Source: Eubacteriales bacterium (GTDB lineage Bacteria; Bacillota; Clostridia; Oscillospirales; CAG-272). Taken from it: 64,000 nt of DNA. A model generated the notes under the pieces. It did no database searches. It saw nothing but the letters and a program-made list of their open reading frames with translations, and was not told the origin of the DNA. Location: NCBI GenBank assembly GCA_045533675.1, contig JAZSIF010000058.1:2119-66118 (forward strand), written 5' to 3'. The position numbers were made by a program, and so were the translations under genes. Positions within the stretch are counted from its first letter, which is position 1, and the number at the start of each line of letters is the position of its first letter. Positions 8,926 to 17,605 of this stretch are shown here, piece after piece.

Positions 8926-9759
8926 TTAAAATTCGCAGAAAAAGGGACGTTCGTCGTTCGCTCGATTGGGACGATGGAGAGAGATCATCCTCTTCCCCTC
9001 GAAGGTATGGAAGATCATGGCGTGCCCGCCGTCAAAGTCAAAGAGACTACCGCCGTGGATCCAGGGACCTCGGAGTTGCTCGCTCTCGGCGGAAAGCACC
9101 AAATATCTCCCCTCAAAGAAGCTGGACCAGATCATGCGGGTCTTCCCGTTTTCCCGCCAAAGAAAAGGTCCGTCAGTGACGAAGCAGCCCTCGTGCCTTT
9201 TCAGACAGCTGACTCCCTGATTGTCGGTAGCACGAAACAAAAGAAAAGGTTCGCCCACAGCGGAACTTAAGTCGTCGGTCAGCGCCCGCGCCCAAATCTC
9301 TCCGTTTCCCACCTGGGTCCACTCATGGCAAAATACGATGTAAGGAATGCCGTCCTCCACGAAGAGAGTTCCGTCCAAGCACTCCCAATCGGCAGGCGTA
9401 GCAGGTTGGTCGCTGACAGGAAGAAATTCGCCGTCGGGGGTGTCCGACACAAGGATTTGAGTGGCGCGGCATCTGCCGTCCGCCTTAAAGCTTGCGAAGA
9501 GATAATATTTTCCGTTATGGATATGTACCTCGGGCGCCCAGTAATCATGGGTCGCCCAGAAGCCGATCCTCTCTCCGTCGAAGATGACCTTCGGCTCGGA
9601 GAAATGTTCCAGATCCTCGGTCTTGTACACCGAGAAGCTGTGGCTTGTGCGAAGCGTGCCCTCCATGCAAGAGGTGGTGCCGTACATATAGTAGCATCCT
9701 TGCTCCTTGTCGGTCAAGATAAAAGGGTCACGAATACGAATATCTTCACGTTTAAGCAT
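8926..9759 (-). CDS. Glycoside hydrolase family 43 protein
   Basis: 277 aa. IRDPFILTD, YWAPEVH, CLDGTLF and FCHEW match the GH43 five-bladed propeller catalytic Asp/Asp/Glu context. RBS AAGGAG. Confidence 0.8.
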   Translation of the reverse strand: MLKREDIRIRDPFILTDKEQGCYYMYGTTSCMEGTLRTSHSFSVYKTEDLEHFSEPKVIFDGERIGFWATHDYWAPEVHIHNGKYYLFASFKADGRCRATQILVSDTPDGEFLPVSDQPATPADWECLDGTLFVEDGIPYIVFCHEWTQVGNGEIWARALTDDLSSAVGEPFLLFRATDNQGVSCLKRHEGCFVTDGPFLWRENGKTRMIWSSFFEGRYLVLSAESEQLRGPWIHGGSLFDFDGGHAMIFHTFEGKRMISLHRPNRANDERPFFCEF

Positions 9760-9819
9760 AGTAAAAAGTCTCCTTAGAATAATTTTTTAAAATATTTGTT
9801 TTTCTTTCCGTCATACGAT

Positions 9820-10262
9820 TTATCCGACAAGATCCCTGACAGCATTGCGAACCGCAAGGTAATCATTGGTCAGGACGGTATCGATACCCATTTCAAAATA
9901 TCGTCTCGCGTCCTCGGGATCATCTGCGTAAAAGTAATTGCAGAGAATGCCGTTTTGGTGGGCATATTCGATGCTCTCGCGGCTGACGTAATCGCAGAAA
10001 AATGCACCTTGTAGCATCTGTCCACCGTGACCATGGGATTCTTGTTTCCGTCGTAGCCCACGCAAACGGGGAGATCGGGATCATACGCCCGCACACGGCG
10101 GATAATGTCATCCGAGGTAGTCATAAAATAGATATGATTCTCACAATCGTATCCACGAATCTGCTCCACAATTTACTCGATCATGGCATCTTGTGCATTG
10201 GTATCCCAGATCTTCACATGGATGTTCATGACCACACGACCACCGAGTTTCCTAAGAAATTC
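9820..10262 (-). pseudogene. Glycerophosphodiester phosphodiesterase (GDPD) remnant, N-terminally truncated and frameshifted
   Basis: GDPD-like pieces lie in three frames. These are EFLRKLGGRVVMNIHVKIWD (stop), then MEQIRGYDCENHIYFMTTSDDIIRRVRAYDPDLPVCVGYD, then C-terminal NGILCNYFYADDPEDARRYFEMGIDTVLTNDY. The catalytic N-terminal HRG region is absent. Confidence 0.5.
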
Positions 10263-10506
10263 CTCGAAGTTGGGAATTCGTAAACCTTGCGAAATTTTCA
10301 TAGAAATAAAAGTCGCGGCAGGTTAAAAATCCAAAGCGCAAGCCCTCCTTCCCCTCTACATCAGCGAGCGCGTCACTGTATTCGGGCAGAACGATCAGGT
10401 CCATGGTCTCATCGCACCGGTCAAGAAGTGAAGGAAGTTCGAGAAAGCAGGCATCCCCGTCCTTTTCGTTGAAGGAATAATGGGGTTGAAGCACACTGAT
10501 TTTCAT
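10252..10506 (-). pseudogene. Carbon-nitrogen hydrolase (nitrilase superfamily) N-terminal fragment
   Basis: 84 aa with MKISVLQPHY ... DLIVLPEYS ... FGFLTCRDFYFYE, only about a quarter of a normal CN hydrolase. It runs directly into the GDPD remnant. Confidence 0.4.
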
Positions 10507-10517
10507 AAATAGCTCCT

Positions 10518-11555
10518 TTATCGTTCCTTGGTCACATCGATCTTATGAATTTTCAATTCGCTATACAGGATCTTTGCGATATAGTGCACATTCGCACAAG
10601 AAATTCCCTTTCCGTTTCCAAGAACCACCACCCCAAATTTTTTCTTCGGATTGAAGAGCATGGAGGAGCGAAAAGTCCCCACACCGCCTACGTGCCAGAG
10701 GCGATCGGAGTTTTTGTATGTGTGCCAGCCGATACAAGCATATTCATTGGTCTTTTGGAAATAGGATTCCAAACAAGGAACGTGCGCCTCTTTAATATAG
10801 GACTCCTCACTTTCGATCTGCAACGCCAAGTAGGCGAGCATATCCTCAATATTGCTGACAAAGCCTCCGCTGGCGAGATACGGGTTGTCCCTCTCCCATT
10901 CCCAAAACGCAATCAGACTTCTTCCGCTGACCGCGGGAGGAATCCGAGTGTCGGGGTCTGCTTGAATCTCGGTTCGGCTCATTCCCAGTCGATTTTGCAG
11001 AAAGGAAAGGGAAAGCTCGGCAAAGGGTCTTCCCGCCACACGCTCTGCCACAAGTGCCAAAAGAGCATAGGCGAAATCGGAATAGCCGTAGTCCATTGAC
11101 TTTTGTTTTCGTTTTTTTCTCACGGAGAGACACCCAAGCACGGTCTCTCTCGTACACCCCGCATAGGGGTTTTTACGGGAATATCGATGCCGCATCAGTG
11201 CGGGAAGTGTGACCTCCAGAGGGGTCAGATGTCGGTACCCCGCCGTATGGGTCAGAAGCTCATAAAGCGTGGGATAATTTCCCCGGGGCAGATCAAGATA
11301 GCGATCCACCGAATCCTCCAAGCGAAGGAGCTTTTGTTCTTTTAAGTAGAGAATCAAATGCGCCGTGACGGTTTTGCTAATCGAGCCGATGTCGTATTGG
11401 TAAGAGAAAACGTCCTCATCCTCGGAGATCACGTATCGCTCTCCCTTGTAGTAAACTCCCACCGTCAGACGGTAATCCTCCGAGATTCCAAGGTAGCGTT
11501 CTTGAGAGGCTCGCGCCTTTTCTCGGACCGCCTCAAATGTCAGTCGTTTGATCAT
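10518..11555 (-). CDS. Serine hydrolase, beta-lactamase/PBP4*-like family
   Basis: 345 aa. SxxK motif GSISKTVTA and YSDFAY (YxN-like region), as expected for class C beta-lactamase-fold esterases. Confidence 0.8.
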   Translation of the reverse strand: MIKRLTFEAVREKARASQERYLGISEDYRLTVGVYYKGERYVISEDEDVFSYQYDIGSISKTVTAHLILYLKEQKLLRLEDSVDRYLDLPRGNYPTLYELLTHTAGYRHLTPLEVTLPALMRHRYSRKNPYAGCTRETVLGCLSVRKKRKQKSMDYGYSDFAYALLALVAERVAGRPFAELSLSFLQNRLGMSRTEIQADPDTRIPPAVSGRSLIAFWEWERDNPYLASGGFVSNIEDMLAYLALQIESEESYIKEAHVPCLESYFQKTNEYACIGWHTYKNSDRLWHVGGVGTFRSSMLFNPKKKFGVVVLGNGKGISCANVHYIAKILYSELKIHKIDVTKER

Positions 11556-11607
11556 GATTGTACGCTCCTTTGGGGTTCTATGAGAATGCCTTCCCGCTCA
11601 TCCTTGG

Positions 11608-12972
11608 CTATTGTCGTGTGAGACACACAACACATTCCACATGCCCCGTTCTCGGAAACATATCCACGGGCTGAACCTCGCCCATGGCATATCCCTCCTC
11701 GGAAAACCACTTGCAGTCTCTCGCGAGCGTATCGGGGTCGCAGGAAACGTAGACGATCTTGGGAACGTCGAAAGAGGAAAGGGTCTTTACCAGCTCACGG
11801 GTACTTCCCTTTCTCGGCGGGTCGATGACGACCACGTCGGGTCTCGCTCCCCCTGCCGCTTCAAGAATCACCTCGGCGCTGCCCGCGTCGGCGCAGAAAA
11901 ATTCCGCGTTCTCGATGCCGTTTCGCTTCGCGTTCTCACGGGCGCAGTCCACCGCCGCCGAGACGATCTCCACCCCCGACACCTTCTTTACCTTTTTTGC
12001 CATGGAAAGACCGATGGTGCCCGTTCCGCAATAGAGGTCCATGAGCACCTCGTCGCCACGAAGGTCAGCAAGCTCCGCCGCCAGTGCGTAAAGCAGCTCG
12101 GCGCCGTCATGGTTGACCTGATAGAAGGAGTCAGGAGAGATGCGAAAGCGCAGTCCGCACAGCTCGTCCTCCATGTAGTCCCGTCCCCAAAGGAGAATCG
12201 TCTTCTTCCCAAGGATGATGTTGGTCTTTTCTCGGTTTATGTTCAGAAGGATTCCCGAAAGAGCGGGAAAATCCCCCGTCATGGCAGCGATAAATTTTTC
12301 CGCACTCGGCAGACGGTCGCCGTTGACTACAAGACAAAGGAGGATTTCTCCCGTCTTTTGTCCAATACGAAGATAGATATGGCGCAAAAGCCCCTTTCCC
12401 GCCGTCTCGTCATAGACGCTCCAGCCCGCCTCCTCGGCAAACACGCACACCCTCTTGACGATGGGAGAGAACGCTTCGTTCTGAATGTTGCAGTCCTCGG
12501 CGGCGATCAGATTGTGGCTCTTGGCGGCATAAAATCCCGCCCGAATGCCTTCCTTGGTTTTCGACACGGGGTACTGTCCCTTATTGCGGTAGCCACGGGT
12601 TTTCCCCGTACCCTTCACGGGCAGAACCGTAACGTCAGAAAGCCCCGCCTTGCGAAAGGCATAAGTCACGTACTCTCTCTTTAATTCCAGTTCATGGGCA
12701 TATGTCACATGTCGGTAAACGCAGCCGCCGCAGGCATTGGGAGCGGAACAAAAGCCATCCTCCCGATGGGGCGAGGGCGTCACCACCGACAGAAGCCGCC
12801 CCACAAGAAAATCCTTCGCAACCTTAATGATCTCCGCATCAATCTCATCCCCGCTGACCGCGCCGCGTGTGAAGACCACCCGACCGTCCTCGGCACGGGC
12901 AACGCCCGCGCCAAGATTATTGAGGTCAGTCACCTTCAAGCGAAGAACACTTCCTTTTTGAATCATGCTCAT
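11608..12972 (-). CDS. rlmD: 23S rRNA (uracil-C5)-methyltransferase, RumA/RlmD family
   Basis: 454 aa. N-terminal TRAM-like domain, Cys cluster CSAPNACGGCVYRH, SAM motif DLYCGTGTIG and C-terminal catalytic VSCDP. Confidence 0.88.
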   Translation of the reverse strand: MSMIQKGSVLRLKVTDLNNLGAGVARAEDGRVVFTRGAVSGDEIDAEIIKVAKDFLVGRLLSVVTPSPHREDGFCSAPNACGGCVYRHVTYAHELELKREYVTYAFRKAGLSDVTVLPVKGTGKTRGYRNKGQYPVSKTKEGIRAGFYAAKSHNLIAAEDCNIQNEAFSPIVKRVCVFAEEAGWSVYDETAGKGLLRHIYLRIGQKTGEILLCLVVNGDRLPSAEKFIAAMTGDFPALSGILLNINREKTNIILGKKTILLWGRDYMEDELCGLRFRISPDSFYQVNHDGAELLYALAAELADLRGDEVLMDLYCGTGTIGLSMAKKVKKVSGVEIVSAAVDCARENAKRNGIENAEFFCADAGSAEVILEAAGGARPDVVVIDPPRKGSTRELVKTLSSFDVPKIVYVSCDPDTLARDCKWFSEEGYAMGEVQPVDMFPRTGHVECVVCLTRQ

Positions 12973-13658
12973 GAAACGTAATATTCCCGCCCGTTATCGA
13001 GGCACAGGCATCCCAAGGGCTCGTCAAAGGCGGCGCCGCAATCAATAAAAATAGCACCGTCTGTATAGTGAATTTTTCCCGGCTCGGCACCTTCCATGGT
13101 GTAGGTAGGGGTATGGCCCACCACCATGGTCACGTCGTCAAAGTAGACACGATCGGGATCGGCTGTCTCGGAAATAAAGTCCTCCGGCATATAGTCCTCC
13201 AAGGCGGTATCGGGGTGAAAATCGGCAATGCCCGCATGGAGAAGCAGATATTTTTGTCCTTTCACGGTTACTTCCTCATAAAGGGCGAAGTCGGAGAGGT
13301 ATTCGAGAACCCCCTCCTTCATGTCGTCATCCAGCGCCTTAAAACCCTCCATGGTCTTCTGACCGCCCTCGGCGATCCAGCCCGTCATCTCTCCGATGAC
13401 CTCGGGGTCGGGAGAAGCGCCCTTCAGCATCTTATCCAGCTCCGCCAGCATCCGAAGCGCCTTGAGATCGTGCTCCCCCACGATGGGGATCACGTTGTAT
13501 CGCATACTCAGGTCGCAGAGCAGCTCCATGGACTCCTCACCGTAGTCTACCACATCGCCAAGGATGTACAGTACATCGTCATTGGTGAAATTGATCTCCT
13601 TTAGGAGTTTTTTGAATTTTTTATAGCATCCGTGCAGGTCGGAAACGAGATAGGTCAT
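12969..13658 (-). CDS. Metallophosphoesterase (PPP/ApaH-like Ser/Thr phosphatase family)
   Basis: 229 aa. Motifs VSDLHGCY, GDVVDYG, GEHD, VVGHTP. There is a 4-nt overlap with rlmD. Confidence 0.8.
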   Translation of the reverse strand: MTYLVSDLHGCYKKFKKLLKEINFTNDDVLYILGDVVDYGEESMELLCDLSMRYNVIPIVGEHDLKALRMLAELDKMLKGASPDPEVIGEMTGWIAEGGQKTMEGFKALDDDMKEGVLEYLSDFALYEEVTVKGQKYLLLHAGIADFHPDTALEDYMPEDFISETADPDRVYFDDVTMVVGHTPTYTMEGAEPGKIHYTDGAIFIDCGAAFDEPLGCLCLDNGREYYVS

Positions 13659-13764
13659 AAGAGTAGTTCCTTTCTTTAGTTTCTGATTATTGAATTTTTT
13701 CGTTTACGCAAACAGTTTTCAAGCGCCACGCCCTCGCAGAGAAAGACGGCGGCGTAAGAGAAGG

Positions 13765-14031
13765 TCAAATGAAATAGAGACGTATTCCATTGGAATCCCT
13801 ACCCCAGCCCTCAAAGGTGGTGGTGGCTCCCTCTCGGAGCATCCGCAGCCATGCCTCGGTGTCCAGTAGCATTTCCCGAATGATCTCCCACTCCCCTCTC
13901 TTGACAAATCCCATGAGCGCGGGGAAGGTACAGAAGAGAGAAAGCGCATGGGTGCCTCTCTCCCGAATCATGTTGGCAATTCGATCCTCACAGGCGCTGT
14001 CGGGACAAAGCCCGAAGGCAAAGGGGAACAC
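13765..14031 (-). pseudogene. Remnant of an alpha-L-rhamnosidase (GH78)-like gene, C-terminal fragment only
   Basis: 88-aa ORF with WLRMLREGATTTFEGW, resembling the GH78 six-hairpin domain end. There is no upstream continuation, and the surrounding 450 bp has no intact ORF. Confidence 0.35.
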
Positions 14032-14104
14032 GTTGCGGGGAGAGAGCGCGTAAAACTCCCCGTCGGTGATCCATTTCCCGATAAATCTGTGCGTCTGCTT
14101 CTCC

Positions 14105-14866
14105 TTAAAACGTTTTAACGGTGTTGCTGTAGAATTGCTCCACGAAAAGAGTGGAGTCCAACTCGGACAGCCATGCCGTAAGGGTAGCTATCACAGGCTG
14201 CTCGGTAAAGAAGTGCCCCGCCTCCAACAGATTCATGCCCGCCTCGGGGGCATCGGTCAGATCATGGTAACCGAGGGTCCCCGACAGATAGGTGTCGGCA
14301 CCCGCCGCGCGAGCCGCGGAAAGGTCGTCAGAGCCTGAGCCGCCCAGCACTGCCACACGGTGCACGGGGGTCCCCGCGTCTCCAAAATGTACCGCAGGGG
14401 CATTCAGCCGCTCCTTAACAAGACGAGCAAATTTCTCGCCCATCATGGGTGTGGGTAGCGTGCCGATGCGACCAATTCCCTCTTCGCCGAAAGGCTCAGC
14501 ACTTTCGATTCCCAACAACCGACAGAGGGTATCATTGACTCCTCCTTCCACCGCGTCCAGTCGGGTGTGAAAGGACATGACGGCAACGCCGCCAAGCAGA
14601 AGCTCGACCGTCTTTTTGCCGAGATAGGTCTCACCGTTTACCGCCTTCAATCCCTTAAAAAGCAGGGGGTGGTGAGAGAGGATCACGTCAAAATTGCCTG
14701 CCTTTGCGTAGGCGACCGCCCGGGAGGTCACGTCTAAGGTCACAATGACCCTTCTTGCCTCCTTGTCTCCGTCGGGACAACACATAAGCCCGTCGTTGTC
14801 CCAGGGACAGGACAGAGACGAGGGGATCCTTTCATTTAATCTGGCGTAAAGCTCTCGAATCGTCAT
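14105..14866 (-). CDS. Nif3-like dinuclear metal centre protein (YqfO family)
   Basis: Start at MTIRELYARL. Motifs WDNDGL, ILSHHPLLFKGLK, MSFHTRLD. Adjacent to trmK, as in many Firmicutes. Confidence 0.85.
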   Translation of the reverse strand: MTIRELYARLNERIPSSLSCPWDNDGLMCCPDGDKEARRVIVTLDVTSRAVAYAKAGNFDVILSHHPLLFKGLKAVNGETYLGKKTVELLLGGVAVMSFHTRLDAVEGGVNDTLCRLLGIESAEPFGEEGIGRIGTLPTPMMGEKFARLVKERLNAPAVHFGDAGTPVHRVAVLGGSGSDDLSAARAAGADTYLSGTLGYHDLTDAPEAGMNLLEAGHFFTEQPVIATLTAWLSELDSTLFVEQFYSNTVKTF

Positions 14867-14926
14867 GATGAATTCCTTTCTTGTTTCTTTCGGTATTATT
14901 GGCATCCGTTGTTTTGTGGTAATAGC

Positions 14927-15619
14927 TTAAAAATCCTTTGCCAAATATGTGTGGATTTTTGCAAGGAGCCGATCCTCCTCGGGAGAAGGCTCGCCTGCTA
15001 TCGCCTTTCCGTCCTTCCGCTTTTGGAGAATTTTCTCCCAATGGATCAGCAGTTCCGAAAGAAGCGCTCCGCCCCGCTTCAGATTGATTTCTCCGAACAT
15101 GAGAGATAACTCGTCAAAAGAGCAATGCTCTCCCGTATATTCGGCAACAATAATTTGATATATTTTATCTTCTTTAATAAGTGTCTCATCCACAATAGCA
15201 TAGCCTTCGGCGACAAGAAAGCGACGCACAATCTCGGGGTGAGTCATGGGCTGAAGGATCAGCCTCACGCCCGTCCGCTTCAAAAAGGACGCGTCGGAAA
15301 GAATGCGGACAATGAGCTCCCCGCCCATGCCAAGAACACATACGTCCTCGGGAGAATAAGGTTCCAGTGCCGACAGTCCGTCGCAAAGAACGGGAATGAG
15401 ACGCTTTTGCCTGTCATATGTCCCGAGGTGTACGACAGCACGATCAAGCGGGCCCTCGTTGATATCAGAAACCACTCCGCCTCGAATCTTTCCTTCAAGT
15501 AAAAGCCATAAGGGCAGATAAGCATGATCGGTGCCCACGTCTGCCACATAGGACCCCTCGCGGACAAATTTCGCCGCCGCGGAAAGACGCTTCGATAAAG
15601 AAATTGGATTTTGTTTCAT
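14927..15619 (-). CDS. trmK: tRNA (adenine22-N1)-methyltransferase TrmK
   Basis: Start at MKQNPISLSKRL. VADVGTDHAYLPLWLL and VLGMGGELI motifs. Confidence 0.85.
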   Translation of the reverse strand: MKQNPISLSKRLSAAAKFVREGSYVADVGTDHAYLPLWLLLEGKIRGGVVSDINEGPLDRAVVHLGTYDRQKRLIPVLCDGLSALEPYSPEDVCVLGMGGELIVRILSDASFLKRTGVRLILQPMTHPEIVRRFLVAEGYAIVDETLIKEDKIYQIIVAEYTGEHCSFDELSLMFGEINLKRGGALLSELLIHWEKILQKRKDGKAIAGEPSPEEDRLLAKIHTYLAKDF

Positions 15620-15703
15620 ACATCTTCCTTTTATGGGGGACACGCCCTGCCTTGACAGGTAACGAGCCCCCCACGTGTGTTATGTCGGACCTTTCCTGTG
15701 TCC

Positions 15704-15904
15704 TTATTTTGCCGCAAGACAAGCATTGATCTTTGCGATCAGCGCATCAGCGTCGGTTCCGTGAACCATGCATGCCGCCTCAATGGATTCGCCTCTTGCA
15801 GAGGGGCAACCCAGACAGTGCATACCGATTTCAAAGAAAAATTGAGCGGTTTCGGGAGCCATGTCCAAAACATCGCCAATGATAGATTCTTTCGTTACCT
15901 GCAT
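15704..15904 (-). CDS. DUF1858 / hybrid-cluster-protein-associated redox disulfide domain protein
   Basis: 66 aa. IGDVLDMAPETAQFFFEIGMHCLGCPSARGESIEAAC is the typical DUF1858 CxxC context. Confidence 0.7.
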   Translation of the reverse strand: MQVTKESIIGDVLDMAPETAQFFFEIGMHCLGCPSARGESIEAACMVHGTDADALIAKINACLAAK

Positions 15905-16007
15905 GATCAGTTCCTCCTTACCATTTTATATATATTATTATAAAGATAAAAGTCCATTATGTCAACAGAAAAACGATATTTTCTTAAGTTTCCCTCATAT
16001 AAAATAG

Positions 16008-16050
16008 AAAGGAATCCGTCGAGACATAGTCAAGTCCAACGGATTTCCAC
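16008..16050 (-). terminator. Intrinsic terminator downstream of dut (degenerate relative of the family hairpin)
   Basis: Minus strand reads GGAAATCCGTTGGACTTGACTATGTCTCGACGGATTCC followed by TTTCTATTTT. The stem shares the GAAATCCGT core with the repeat-family hairpin. Confidence 0.45.
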
Positions 16051-16108
16051 TTCAAAGAAAAACAGTAAGCATTACGACAAATTTCCTTTTTAAGCTAACT
16101 TCTCACTC

Positions 16109-16552
16109 TCAATTTCCCGTAGAGCCAAAGCCTCCCACACCGCGGACGGTATCCTCCAGCTCGTCGGAGAGAACAAAATCGGCAGCATAGTAGGGGGCAA
16201 ACACCATTTGGGCAATCCGCTCACCATGGGCAACGACCTGTGATATTGCGCTGTGGTTGTGAAGTGCCACCATGATCTCTCCCCGATAGTCACTGTCCAC
16301 CACCCCGACTTTATTGGCAGGCGCAAGACCCCGTTTGGAGGCAAGCCCACTGCGAGCATAGATGAGCCCCACAAGGCCCTCGGGGATTTCCATAGAAAGA
16401 CCCGTGTGAATCAAGAGCGTCTGCCCCGACTCAATCACAAGATCCCTGTCAGTACAGGCATAGAGATCGGCACCTGCGGAAAATTCAGATCCGTAGGTAG
16501 GGAGAATCGCATGTTCGGAAAGCTTTTTGACGCGCATGGAAAAATGGTTCAT
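16109..16552 (-). CDS. dut: dUTP diphosphatase
   Basis: 147 aa. GADLYA, ARSGLA, GVVDSDYRGEI and GGFGSTG motifs. Confidence 0.92.
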   Translation of the reverse strand: MNHFSMRVKKLSEHAILPTYGSEFSAGADLYACTDRDLVIESGQTLLIHTGLSMEIPEGLVGLIYARSGLASKRGLAPANKVGVVDSDYRGEIMVALHNHSAISQVVAHGERIAQMVFAPYYAADFVLSDELEDTVRGVGGFGSTGN

Positions 16553-16659
16553 GTTAAAATTCCTTCCTCATTTTACCTAAAATTCTTCCCTTTAATGATA
16601 CCATAGATCGTCGATTCTGTCAAGATCGAACGTATGGTATTATCAACGAAATGAAAATT

Positions 16660-17034
16660 CTATATATTCTTTTTTATCTCTTTTTGCTGACGCTTGAGAG
16701 AAGATATTCCGCTGATAACCAGCAAAACACCGAAGATTTTCCGAAGTATACCTTCGTCCAAGTGGGCGGAAAGATAAGTGCCAAGGAACACACCTACCAA
16801 ACCAAAGCAAATAAGAAGAGCCACCGTCCTCCAGGGAATCTGCCGTTTTTGCAGGTGTACGAGCATGGCGGCCCCCGCCGAGCAAAGAAAGAATAATAAA
16901 TTCAGTCCCTGTGCGGAAAGCTGGGGAAGCTCGGTCATAAAAACCAGATAGATAACGAAAAGGCCTCCTCCTCCGACCCCCATTCCGGACAAAGCCGATA
17001 TGACAAGCGTGGCAAAAAAATGAATCCACATCAT
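16660..17034 (-). CDS. Half-size TSUP (TauE/SafE) family membrane protein
   Basis: 124 aa, about 4 TM. SGMGVGGGGLFVIYL motif. Confidence 0.7.
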   Translation of the reverse strand: MMWIHFFATLVISALSGMGVGGGGLFVIYLVFMTELPQLSAQGLNLLFFLCSAGAAMLVHLQKRQIPWRTVALLICFGLVGVFLGTYLSAHLDEGILRKIFGVLLVISGISSLKRQQKEIKKNI

Positions 17035-17051
17035 AAAAAAGCCCCCTTTTG

Positions 17052-17453
17052 CTATCGAAGAATGAGCATCAGTCCGGACCAGACCACCAACGCTCCAAAA
17101 AGCTTGCCAAGGGTCGCGTTTTTAATACGACCAAGCAAAATCGCACCCACGATTCCACCTATAATCGATGGGACAAGATAAGGTTTAAAAGCCGCAAGGG
17201 ACAAATGCCCCGCCGCCCCGTAGCGAAGGCAGGAAACCACCGACAAGGGCAGCATCACGCAAAGGGCACCGGCATATACATCCCTCGGCAAAAGCTCCCC
17301 TTTGTGAACACGAAGAATACCAAACACAGCAAGAATACCTCCCCCCGCTCCCAAAAGTCCATTGCAAAGTCCCGCAAGGACCCCAAATATCCCAAGAACT
17401 GCCACTTCCTGAAAGTTGGTACTCTTTATACGGGCAAGCGTTTCTTTTTTCAC
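17052..17453 (-). CDS. Half-size TSUP (TauE/SafE) family membrane protein
   Basis: Start re-set to the GTG at 17453, preceded by GGAGG with a 6-nt spacer. LLGAGGGILAVFGI motif, about 4 TM. The upstream 33 codons of the track ORF have no support. Confidence 0.6.
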   Translation of the reverse strand: MKKETLARIKSTNFQEVAVLGIFGVLAGLCNGLLGAGGGILAVFGILRVHKGELLPRDVYAGALCVMLPLSVVSCLRYGAAGHLSLAAFKPYLVPSIIGGIVGAILLGRIKNATLGKLFGALVVWSGLMLILR

Positions 17454-17605
17454 AAGACACCTCCACTTCCTACGCAATTTTGGAATTTCTTCCCCAAAAG
17501 GGCTTGCACCCCGCCCTTTTTTATGATATAATGTAGGATGTATATTTATCATTGCCCGAAAGGGCGGTTTTTAAACCAAGGAACCCTACACGAGGAGGAA
17601 GATAT

